From Polyangiales bacterium (GTDB taxonomy: Bacteria > Myxococcota_A > Polyangia > Polyangiales > Polyangiaceae), in NCBI GenBank assembly GCA_038231275.1, contig JBBRLQ010000055.1, positions 1-28,097 on the forward strand: 28,097 nucleotides of DNA, in the 5' to 3' direction. Below, in pieces: positions 1-7,964 of the stretch. The translations under genes and the position numbers were made by a program. The notes under the pieces were generated by a model, which worked only from the letters and a program-made list of their open reading frames with translations, was not told where the DNA came from and did no database searches. Within the stretch, counting starts at the first letter, position 1. Every line of letters begins with the position of its first letter.

Positions 1-72
1 CACCGCCCTCAGCAGCTCCACCGCCGCCCCATACGCCCGCAATTTATGATGAGGCAAACTGTACGTCGTCAT
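1..72 (-). CDS. Probable four-helix-bundle protein (23S rRNA IVP/bAvd-like family), N-terminal 24 codons, truncated by the window edge
   Basis: Not in the ORF track. The minus strand reads GGAGG-ttcctg-ATG (ATG at 72), then MTTYSLPHHKLRAYGAAVELLRAV to position 1. This resembles the usual four-helix-bundle N-terminus (xHxKLxxYxxAxEL). Confidence 0.6.
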   Translation of the reverse strand, partial: MTTYSLPHHKLRAYGAAVELLRAV

Positions 73-132
73 CAGGAACCTCCATTCACCTCGCCGCCCG
101 AAGGGCGGTGGAGGTTCCTGATGACGACGCAC
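61..132. repeat. Long inverted repeat/hairpin covering the RBS and start codon of the 1-72 gene
   Basis: 64-84 cgtcgtcatcaggaacctcca is the exact reverse complement of 109-129 tggaggttcctgatgacgacg. Pairing extends to 61/132 with one mismatch, which is G-U on the minus strand. Inner hairpin ccgccc-gaa-gggcgg at 94-108. Confidence 0.9.
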
Positions 133-192
133 TGTGTATCCATCGCAGCGAGGCACTCATGCGGCGCGCGCCCCCCCGGCTCCCCGAGCATC

Positions 193-229
193 GCAAGCCC
201 AAGTGCCAGCGCAGCTGGCGCGGGCTTGC
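193..229. repeat. Second GC-rich hairpin
   Basis: gcaagccc (193-200) pairs with gggcttgc (222-229). gtgccagc (203-210) pairs with gctggcgc (214-221). Loop is gca, with a 2-nt bulge. Confidence 0.75.
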
Positions 230-232
230 CCA

Positions 233-324
233 ACCGCGACCGCGACCGCGACCACGACCCACGACCGCGACCACGACCCACGACCACGACCGCGACCGCG
301 ACCGCCTCCGCGAACCGCGAACCG
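233..324. repeat. Tandem ACCRCG / ACCCACG microsatellite, about 15 units
   Basis: accgcg x3, accacg, acccacg, accgcg, accacg, acccacg, accacg, accgcg x2, then degenerate units. A 19-nt higher-order unit is duplicated at 245-263 and 264-282. Confidence 0.95.
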
Positions 325-368
325 TTCCTTCTTGAACCCGCGCCAGCCCGCGGAGTACGTAAGGTCCC

Positions 369-1253
369 ATGCTCCCCATCGATCTCACGGGAAAACGCGC
401 CCTCGTCGCCGGCGTCGCGGACGACGGCGGCTTCGGCTTCGCCATCGCAAAGGCCCTCGCCGAAGCCGGCGCGTCCGTGTGCGTCGGCACCTGGCCGCCC
501 GCGCTCGGCATCTTCGAGACCCTGATCCGCCGCGGCAAGATGGACGAATCCCGCAAGCTCGCGTCCGGCGCGATGTTCGACTTCGAGCGCGTCTACCCGC
601 TCGACGCGTCGTGGGACACGATGGCCGACGTGCCCGAGGACGTGAAGACGAGCAAGCGCTACGCGGAGCGCGGCGACTTCACGATCGACGGCGTCGTCAA
701 CCGCATGGTCCAGGACTTCGGCGACAAGTGCGTCGACATCCTCGTCCACTCCCTCGCCAACGGCCCCGAGGTAAAAAAGCAGCTGCTCGACACGAGCCGC
801 GCCGGCTACCTCTCCGCCGTCGGCGTCAGCGCGTACTCGCTCACGTCGATGGTCGCGCGCTTCGGTCCGCATCTGCGCCCCGGCGCGTCCGTCGTCTCGC
901 TCACCTACCTCGCCGGCGAGCGCGTCATCCCCGGCTACGGCGGCGGCATGTCGTCGGCCAAGAGCGCGCTCGAAGGCGACACGCGCACGCTCGCCTTCGA
1001 GGCCGGACGCCGATGGGGCGTCCGCGTGAATACGATCTCCGCAGGCCCCTACGCCTCACGCGCCGCCAGCGCGATCGGCATCATCGACGACATGGTGAAG
1101 TACTGCGCCGCCAACTCCCCGCTCCCCGAAGAGCTCAAGGCCGAAGAGGTAGGGCACACCGCCGCATTTCTCGCGAGCGCGCTTGGCGCCGGCATCACCG
1201 GCGCGACGATCCACGTCGACAAGGGCTACCACGCGATGGGCAAAACGGTCTGA
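369..1253 (+). CDS. fabI: Enoyl-ACP reductase (NADH), plant/chlamydia-type FabI
   Basis: [74 protein letters not shown] (catalytic Y...K), RVNTISAGP. Confidence 0.93.
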   Translation: MLPIDLTGKRALVAGVADDGGFGFAIAKALAEAGASVCVGTWPPALGIFETLIRRGKMDESRKLASGAMFDFERVYPLDASWDTMADVPEDVKTSKRYAERGDFTIDGVVNRMVQDFGDKCVDILVHSLANGPEVKKQLLDTSRAGYLSAVGVSAYSLTSMVARFGPHLRPGASVVSLTYLAGERVIPGYGGGMSSAKSALEGDTRTLAFEAGRRWGVRVNTISAGPYASRAASAIGIIDDMVKYCAANSPLPEELKAEEVGHTAAFLASALGAGITGATIHVDKGYHAMGKTV

Positions 1254-1306
1254 ACGCCCGCGCGCGGCTCAGGTACGCTCCGCCGCAACCACCAAGGGGA
1301 AACACC

Positions 1307-2377
1307 ATGAGCTCGCTCCTTCGCTCGATCGTCGTCGTCGTCTCTGCCGCCACCTCCGTCACGCTCCTCGCCGCCACGCACGCCGGCGCGGCCGAGGCGA
1401 CCTCCTGCAAGATGGGCGATCTCGCCGACTGCTCGGCCAAGTGCACGAAGAACGACTTCGACGCGTGCGCCACGCTCGGATGGATGCACGTCGTCGCCAA
1501 GGGCGTAGCCAAGGATCCCGCGAAGGCCGTCACGTTCCTCACCAAGGCGTGTACCGGCAAATCGGGGCGCGGCTGCGTCGACCTCGCGTACCTCTACGAA
1601 TACGGCATCGGCGTCCCGAAGGACGAAGCGAAGGCCCTCACCGACTACACCGCCGCGTGCAACGACAAGAACCTCTACGGCTGCTCGCACCTCGGGCAGA
1701 TGTACGAGTTCGGCAAGGGTGTCCCGCTCGACTACGCGAAGGCGGCCTCCCTCTTCAAGCAGGCCTGCGACGGCGGCGAGCCGCGCGGCTGCACGCACCT
1801 TGGCTGGCTCACCGAGCACGGCAAGGGCGTCACGAAGGACGAGCCGAAGGCCGCCGGCCTCTACAAGGGCGCGTGCGACAAGAAGGAAGGCTACGCATGC
1901 GCGAACCTCGGCAAGATGCTCGAAGAAGGACGCGGCGGCCCCAAGGACGAAGCGAAGGCCGTCGTCTTCTACAAGGACGCGTGCGACGACCGCGTGATGC
2001 TCGCCTGCGTGCACCTCGGGTACACGTACGAGAAGGGCATCGGCGGCACGCCGAAGGATCCGACCAAGGCCTTCACCCTCTACAAAGAGGCGTGCGAGCA
2101 CCACGAGATGATGGGATGCAATAACCTCGGCGTCCTCTACGCGAACGGCATCGGCGTCGCGAAGGACGAAGCGAAGGCCGTCTCCCTCTACAAGCAGGGC
2201 TGCGAGCACCACAACGTCATCTCGTGCGCGAACTACGGCTGGCACGTGTACAGCGGCGTCGGCGTCGCGAAGGACACCGCGAAGGGCGCCGATCTCCTCA
2301 CCAAGGCGTGCGCCGCGAAGAACGCGTGGGCATGCGAGAAGGTGAAGGGGATGTCGAAGGTCGACGCAGGAAAGTAA
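1307..2377 (+). CDS. Secreted Sel1-like repeat protein, cysteine-paired (Hcp-like), 8 full ~36-aa repeats
   Basis: Probable start is ATG 1307 after AAGGGG, within ORF 134..2377. Signal peptide MSSLLRSIVVVVSAA...AGA. Repeats read xCxxLGxxYxxGxGVxKDxxKAxxxYxxAC. Confidence 0.9.
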   Translation: MSSLLRSIVVVVSAATSVTLLAATHAGAAEATSCKMGDLADCSAKCTKNDFDACATLGWMHVVAKGVAKDPAKAVTFLTKACTGKSGRGCVDLAYLYEYGIGVPKDEAKALTDYTAACNDKNLYGCSHLGQMYEFGKGVPLDYAKAASLFKQACDGGEPRGCTHLGWLTEHGKGVTKDEPKAAGLYKGACDKKEGYACANLGKMLEEGRGGPKDEAKAVVFYKDACDDRVMLACVHLGYTYEKGIGGTPKDPTKAFTLYKEACEHHEMMGCNNLGVLYANGIGVAKDEAKAVSLYKQGCEHHNVISCANYGWHVYSGVGVAKDTAKGADLLTKACAAKNAWACEKVKGMSKVDAGK

Positions 2378-2548
2378 GCGCCGGCTTCGTCACCCGAACG
2401 GGGGCGGTGCGACGTTTGTCCACTGAGGGCGATCGCCCCCTCACTGTCGGGGGGAAACCTCCCCGCCCCCCACGTGTGCTCCTACGGCACGTTTCCCGCG
2501 TGTCTTGAAAAGAGACGGGTTCTGGACGCCGCACCTACCCCGCCGGAC

Positions 2549-2565
2549 CTGGCACGACGCCTGCT
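2549..2565 (+). promoter_or_regulatory. Putative sigma54 (-24/-12) promoter
   Basis: cTGGCACGacgcCTGCt has GG at 2551-2552 and GC at 2563-2564, an exact GG-N10-GC spacing. It lies about 60 bp upstream of the ECF sigma ATG. Confidence 0.65.
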
Positions 2566-2623
2566 CGTTAACTAGACGAGGCGTGATTTCTTGCGCCCGA
2601 CTTTTTCCCCGAAAGGCGGCTTC

Positions 2624-3292
2624 ATGACGGTGGCAGCGGTCGAGATGGCGAAAACCCGCGCGTGCTTCCAGAGTGGCATCTACCCCAAGTTTGAGCAGGA
2701 GAATCTGGACTTCGAAAACGACGAGGTCCTCGTGGCCGCGATGCTGGCCGATCTTCCCAAGGCGTGGTGCGCGTTCCGCGCGCGCTTCGACCGGCTCGTC
2801 ATTCGTAGCATCACCAAGGTCACCCACCGCTTCCCGCACCTCGTGAGCGGCGACGACGTGGGCGATATTTACGCGACCTTTTACATGTCGCTCGTCGTGA
2901 ACGACAAGCACAAGCTCCGCGCGTTCGATCCCGAGCGTGGCAGCCGCTTCTCGAGCTGGATCGCGCTCCTGGCCAGCAACCGCGCGTACGACTACCTCCG
3001 CTCGCTGCGTCGTGAGCCGGAGAAAGAGGACCTCTCGAAGGCCGACGACACGGCGTGCGAGAAGCCCGATCCGTTCGAGAGCGCCGCCGATGGTGAGCGC
3101 GCGACGATCACGGCCGACGCGCTCGAGGGAATGAGTGAGAAGGACCGCGCCTTCGCGGCCCTCTACTTCGGGGAGGGGCTCGAGCCCCCGGAGGTCGCGC
3201 GCAAGCTTCAGATCAGCGTGAAGACCGTCTACTCGAAGCGACACAAGATCCAGACGCGCCTCGAGAGCCTCCTCGGTCGCACCGCGGCCTGA
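2624..3292 (+). CDS. ECF-type sigma-70 family RNA polymerase sigma factor
   Basis: Region 2: AWCAFRARFDRLV...LRAFDPERGSRFSSWIALLASNRAYDYLR. Region 4: LEGMSEKDR...LYFGEGLEPPEVARKLQISVKTVYSKRHK. ATG 2624 is preferred over TTG 2591. Confidence 0.9.
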   Translation: MTVAAVEMAKTRACFQSGIYPKFEQENLDFENDEVLVAAMLADLPKAWCAFRARFDRLVIRSITKVTHRFPHLVSGDDVGDIYATFYMSLVVNDKHKLRAFDPERGSRFSSWIALLASNRAYDYLRSLRREPEKEDLSKADDTACEKPDPFESAADGERATITADALEGMSEKDRAFAALYFGEGLEPPEVARKLQISVKTVYSKRHKIQTRLESLLGRTAA

Positions 3293-3307
3293 GACGTCTC
3301 TTCGAGG

Positions 3308-6115
3308 CTACGGACCGCCGGTCGCCGTGATCGGGATCGCCGCCGGGAGCGCCGCGCAGAGGACCTCTGACGCGCTCACGGCGAGCGTTTGTCCGGTGAC
3401 CGCCCCGGTCGCGGTCGGCCCGAACGTCGCGGTGACATTCAGCGGCGTGCCTCCGACCACCGGACCGCTCGGCGAGACGGTGAACGGCGGCGTCGTGAAG
3501 CCGGAGAAGGTCACGTTCGCCGTGAGGTTGCCGGAGTTGGTGAGCACGAGAGGCAGCGGCGAAGAAGAGCCTACGGCCACCGTCCCGAAGTCGAGCGTCG
3601 CCACGTCCCACGCGAGGCGCGCTCCTTGCGCGGTCTCGTGGAGCGAAATGGTGTGCGCCGAGTCGCCCGGCGACGTCGTGGTGATCGTGAGCTGCCCTGC
3701 GTAGAGATCCGCAGTGGTCGCAGACGTCGTGGGGATCGCGACCGGCGTGACGACGACGTCGAACGAGGCACCCGCGGCGATCGTCCCGCCCGCGGAGTTG
3801 AGGCCGTAGAAGGCCGCGCCCGAGGTCAGCGACGCGGTGTACGTCATCTGCGCCGTCCCGGTGTTCTGGATCGTGACCGCCTGCGCGGGCGCGGTGGCTC
3901 CGCACGCGACCCGCGAGAAATCGAGGTTCGTCGGCGAGACGCTGACGGTCGGCGGCGTGCCGGTGCCCTCGAGGGTGATCGCGGCAGGGAGAGGCGCACA
4001 AAGCGGGGTCCCGGCGGCCACCGTGAGGGTCGCCGCATCGGAGTAGGGCACCTGCGCCGCGGGACGGAACGTGGCGGTGAACGTCGTCGAGGTCGAAGCT
4101 ACGACCGTCCCCGGCGCCGGCGTCACGGCGAACACCGCGTTCGCGTTCGCGAAGGTCACCGACGCGTTCGCGTTTCCGGAGTTCGTCACCGAGAACTGCT
4201 GCGTGGCCGACGTGGTCGCGACGACGCCGCCGAACGGGAGGTCCGCGACCGACGCGCCGAGGATGGCGCCGCGCGCGGTCATCGTGATCGCCAGCGGATG
4301 CGGCGTGTCTCCTACGATGTTCGTCGTGACGGTGAGCGTGTCGCCGTAGAGATTCGCCGTGATCGCGGACGTGCCGGGGATCGCGATCGGCGTCACCGTG
4401 ATCGTCCCGGTGTCGCCGGGCTGACCGGCGGGCTGAAGCGTCGTGTTCGCGAGCGTCAGTGCGTGGCTCGTGCCGGTCGTCAGCGCAGCGCCCCACGTGA
4501 AGACGTTGGTCCCGGTGTTGCGCACGGTGACGACCTGCGCGGACGCGCGCGCGCCGCAGTCCACGGCGCCGAAATCGACGCTCGACGCGCTGAGCGAGAT
4601 CGCGCCGTTCGTCCCGCGCCCCGACGCCGCGCGCGGCGACGGCAACGGCGCGCACAGCACGTCCCCCGCGGCCGCCGAAAGAGACAGCTGCGCGTTCTGG
4701 ATGCCCGTCGCCGCGGGCGTGAATGTCACCGAGTCATTCGTGACGGTCCCCGCGGCCACGGCGCCGAGCGCGGCGCTGGTGACGGCGAACACCGGCCCGC
4801 CCGTGATCGCAGCGGTCAGCGTCGCCGCCGCGTTCCCGTCGTTCTGCACGGAGAAGGGCGCGGTGCCGGTGCTCGTCAGGGGCGTGTCGCCGAACGCGAG
4901 CGGCGCGACGCTCGTGAAGCGGATCACCGCCCCGCGCGCGGTCTGCACGAGATCGACCTGATGCGTCGGCTCGTTGGGGATGCCGGAGACGACGTCGATC
5001 GTGATCGTGTCGCCGAAGCCGTTGGTCGCCGTCGAGGCTGCGCTTGGGATGGCCTTTGGGGTCACCGTGATCGTCCCGGTGCCGCCGAGCGCAGCGACCG
5101 TGGTGTTCGTCAGCGTCAGCGCGAACGGCGATGCGGCGCCTTGGCCAAGCGTCGCCGTCCACGTGAACGTCTGGTTGCCCGTGTTGGTGATCGTGACGGT
5201 CTTCGCGCCCGCCATAGCGCCGCAGTCGGTGCTCCCGAAGTCGAGGTTGGACGGCGCGTAGCCGAACGCGCCGATCGTCCCCGAGCCCGTGAGCGCGATC
5301 GCGAGGGCCGAGCCGCCTCCGCACACCGCGCCCGTCGCCACGATCGGCGCGTTGCCCGCGGCGCTCGTCGTCGACGTCGGCGCGTAGCTCGCCGTGAGGC
5401 CGGGCATCACCGCGCCGGGCACGACCGAGACGTCGGCCGGCGCGCCTTGCCACGTGACCTTGAACTGCGGGTCCGTCGGCGCGCCGACGTGAAGCGCGGC
5501 GGGCCTGTTTCCCGTGTTGGTCAGCGTCAAACCCAAGACGCCGCTCGTGCCCAACGACACGAGGCCGAAGCCGGCGGAGGACGGGACAAGCTTGAACGCG
5601 GCGCCCGCCGCGGTCGCCGTCAGCGGCACCGACGCTTTGGGCAGCGCCGGATCGTCGGTGGTGATCGTCAGCGCGCCCTTCGCGACCGCCGCGGCTTGCG
5701 CGTTCGCGTCCACCTTCGCGCGAACGGTGACCGTCGCCGAGTCTCCCGCCGCGATCGTGCCCGACGACGGCTGGACGACGCTGAACGTCGCGCTGGATCC
5801 GATCGCCGCCTTCCACGAAAACGGCGCGGTCCCACCGTTCTTAATCGTCACCGTCTGGTCGACGAACGCGCCGCCGCAGTCGACGAGGCCGAAATCGACC
5901 GCCGAAGTCGCGACGACCGCAGCGGGCGCGCCCGAGTCCGGGAGCGTCGTGTCCGTCGGCGCGTCGGGCGGAGGGAGCGCGGCGTCAGCGTCCACGCCTC
6001 CGTCGACGGCAGGCTGCTCGATCCTCACGCCGTCCGATCCGCCGCACGCGACGAGCAGGATGAGCGCGACGAGCAGCGCGAGGAGCGGAGCGGACGCGAA
6101 CGCGCGGAGGCCCAT
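3308..6115 (-). CDS. Large lipoprotein with 8 tandem Ig-like (choice-of-anchor D / ASH-like) domains
   Basis: Lipobox LLVA-C. Eight repeats begin xxDFG/xxFG and contain the (V/L)T(I/V)xNxG motif. Start placed at MGLRAF (6115). Confidence 0.85.
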   Translation of the reverse strand: MGLRAFASAPLLALLVALILLVACGGSDGVRIEQPAVDGGVDADAALPPPDAPTDTTLPDSGAPAAVVATSAVDFGLVDCGGAFVDQTVTIKNGGTAPFSWKAAIGSSATFSVVQPSSGTIAAGDSATVTVRAKVDANAQAAAVAKGALTITTDDPALPKASVPLTATAAGAAFKLVPSSAGFGLVSLGTSGVLGLTLTNTGNRPAALHVGAPTDPQFKVTWQGAPADVSVVPGAVMPGLTASYAPTSTTSAAGNAPIVATGAVCGGGSALAIALTGSGTIGAFGYAPSNLDFGSTDCGAMAGAKTVTITNTGNQTFTWTATLGQGAASPFALTLTNTTVAALGGTGTITVTPKAIPSAASTATNGFGDTITIDVVSGIPNEPTHQVDLVQTARGAVIRFTSVAPLAFGDTPLTSTGTAPFSVQNDGNAAATLTAAITGGPVFAVTSAALGAVAAGTVTNDSVTFTPAATGIQNAQLSLSAAAGDVLCAPLPSPRAASGRGTNGAISLSASSVDFGAVDCGARASAQVVTVRNTGTNVFTWGAALTTGTSHALTLANTTLQPAGQPGDTGTITVTPIAIPGTSAITANLYGDTLTVTTNIVGDTPHPLAITMTARGAILGASVADLPFGGVVATTSATQQFSVTNSGNANASVTFANANAVFAVTPAPGTVVASTSTTFTATFRPAAQVPYSDAATLTVAAGTPLCAPLPAAITLEGTGTPPTVSVSPTNLDFSRVACGATAPAQAVTIQNTGTAQMTYTASLTSGAAFYGLNSAGGTIAAGASFDVVVTPVAIPTTSATTADLYAGQLTITTTSPGDSAHTISLHETAQGARLAWDVATLDFGTVAVGSSSPLPLVLTNSGNLTANVTFSGFTTPPFTVSPSGPVVGGTPLNVTATFGPTATGAVTGQTLAVSASEVLCAALPAAIPITATGGP

Positions 6116-6154
6116 TGTGGCCCGAGTATAGAGCGGACCTCCGCCACTGGACCC

Positions 6155-6194
6155 AAAGAGAAAAGCCCCGAAGCGCATCGCACCTCGGGGCTTC
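6155..6194 (-). terminator. Rho-independent terminator downstream of the 6240-7589 gene
   Basis: Minus strand: gAAGCCCCGAggtgcgatgcgctTCGGGGCTTttctcttt, a GC stem followed by a U-rich tail. Confidence 0.75.
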
Positions 6195-6239
6195 CTTGAG
6201 TCGCGCCGTCCTACGACGGTCGCGCCTGTTGGCCTACGA

Positions 6240-7589
6240 TTACCGCGTGAGCGTGTAGGACTGCGCCGCGCGGCTGGCCGACTGGACCACCGTGACGTAG
6301 GTGCCGCCCGAAGACGACTTGTGGCTCACTTCGGTCGGCGTCGTGTTCTGGACTCGGTTCAGCTTCCCGGTCGCCCCAACGTGGTAGAGCTTCAGGGTGG
6401 CGTCGCCGCCCGGCGTGAGGATCACGTCGTACCGCGCGTTCTTCGCGACGCTGAAGGTCGCGAGGTCGCGATCACCGGCGGTGAGGGTCCCGCAGATGCC
6501 GGTGCCGAGCGCGTCGGCCGTGCTCACGTCGTCGTTCGGCTCGTTCTCGTTGTCGCCGACGTCGCAGGTGCCGCCGCCGTCGGTGCCGCCGTCGGTCCCG
6601 CCATCGGTGCCGCCGTCGCCCGAGCTGGTGCCCGTCACGATGCACGCGCCCGCCTTGTTCGACCACTCCTCTTGGACGAGGTAGCCGTTGATGCGGCCGC
6701 CGGGGCCCTTCCACGCGCAGATGTCGCCGATTTCGCCGTTGGAGTCGTTGTACCAGGACAGCACGTTGATGCCGACCTGGGGATCCGTCGTCGCCTCGAT
6801 CCACTCGTGGGTCATCACGAGCGTCGTGTTGTCGAACTGGCTGTTGGGGCCGCAGCCGCCGCCGCCGCACGCGCCGCTGAGGTCCGGCTGGACGCTGTAC
6901 ATGACGCTCTGGCCGTTCGAGCGCGTGTACGTGTAGTGGTACGCGCAGAACTGCGAGCAGCTGGTCGCCTGGCCGTCGAGGTCGATGCTGACTCCCGGCG
7001 GGAACAAGAAGGCGTAGAGCGAGTCGTTGTCGGGCGTCGGGACGCTCCCGGCCACGATGAGGCGCTCGAGCTCCGCCGCGATCTGCTTGTTGGTGACCGT
7101 CGAGCCCGCCGCGCCCGGCTGGTTGTCGACGAACGCGCCGGCGTAGCCCGCGCGGCCGATCGACTGGCCGTTCGCGTTGTACTCGCTCAGCCAATCGAAG
7201 TACGCGCTGTTGCCGACCTGGCGGAAGAAGTCCGGCCACTGGCTCTGGAACGGGACGCTCGAGTTCCAGAAGACCGCCGTGACCTTGCCGTTCTGGATCA
7301 AGTTGCCGCCGCGGTACGTGAGGTCACGCGCATCGGCCGTGACCTGCGGAGCGCCCTGCTCGGCGCGCTGCGCGGCGACCTTGGCGAGCTTCGCCCGGTA
7401 GCCCGGACGATTCATCGGCATGTAGCCACGCGAGATGAGGACGTCGTTTTTCTGGATGCCCTCGGCTTGCTCGTCGGCAGAGAGCTCGTCGTTCTGCGAC
7501 GGAGCCGGGCTCGAGCAGCTGATGGTGACGGCGAGACCCGCGACGATGGCGGACGCAAGACCAATACGAACGGCGGTAAGTTTCATCAT
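6240..7589 (-). CDS. Lipoprotein with a PHI-1/EXORDIUM-like domain and a C-terminal pre-peptidase C-terminal (PPC)-like domain
   Basis: Lipobox VTIS-C. Motifs LTYRGG, AVFW, FCAYH, THEWIEATTDP, WY...GEIGDIC, VQEEWSN. GGTD linker repeats, then ENEPND...GTLTAGDRDLATF. Confidence 0.75.
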   Translation of the reverse strand: MMKLTAVRIGLASAIVAGLAVTISCSSPAPSQNDELSADEQAEGIQKNDVLISRGYMPMNRPGYRAKLAKVAAQRAEQGAPQVTADARDLTYRGGNLIQNGKVTAVFWNSSVPFQSQWPDFFRQVGNSAYFDWLSEYNANGQSIGRAGYAGAFVDNQPGAAGSTVTNKQIAAELERLIVAGSVPTPDNDSLYAFLFPPGVSIDLDGQATSCSQFCAYHYTYTRSNGQSVMYSVQPDLSGACGGGGCGPNSQFDNTTLVMTHEWIEATTDPQVGINVLSWYNDSNGEIGDICAWKGPGGRINGYLVQEEWSNKAGACIVTGTSSGDGGTDGGTDGGTDGGGTCDVGDNENEPNDDVSTADALGTGICGTLTAGDRDLATFSVAKNARYDVILTPGGDATLKLYHVGATGKLNRVQNTTPTEVSHKSSSGGTYVTVVQSASRAAQSYTLTR

Positions 7590-7964
7590 TGCCTCATCAG
7601 GAGCGCCGCACCGAGCGGCGAGAAAGAACGCGCGACCGACTCACGCGTTTACTTCGGTGCTGTTCACGGAAAGAGCGCTGATTCCCCTTCGCTCTCCGTG
7701 CTCACACTTCGAATGCTTCGAGGGTCGAAGAACCAAGTGGGGCTCGCGGGTCCGACGTCCGCAAGGCCGTGAGCCGCGCTAACCTACGGTGGGGCGATGT
7801 AACGCCTTCCCCTCGATCAGCGTGACGGCGGCAGTTGGTACTACATGCCGCGTCGAGTGCACGGACGAACGTGCTTTCGTCGCTCGTTTTGTGTGCACAT
7901 GTGGTCAGCGTCAGCAGATGGACGCAGAGCGATACACGTAGTGCGTGCCGCAGCGCGTCGACGT

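Noticed and set aside
192..229. Both arms of hairpin 2 resemble sigma54 promoters (TGGCAC...TTGC on -, TGGCGC...TTGC on +)
   Set aside because: Spacings are GG-N11-GC and GG-N9-GC, whereas sigma54 needs N10.
233..324. Repeat array as a CRISPR
   Set aside because: Units are 6-7 nt with no spacers, and there are no cas genes in the window.
1..330. Diversity-generating retroelement suggested by the Avd-related fold
   Set aside because: No reverse transcriptase or template/variable repeat pair is visible in the window.
134..1306. 747-aa version of the Sel1 ORF
   Set aside because: The upstream part overlaps fabI and the microsatellite and is low-complexity. The SD and signal peptide point to ATG 1307.
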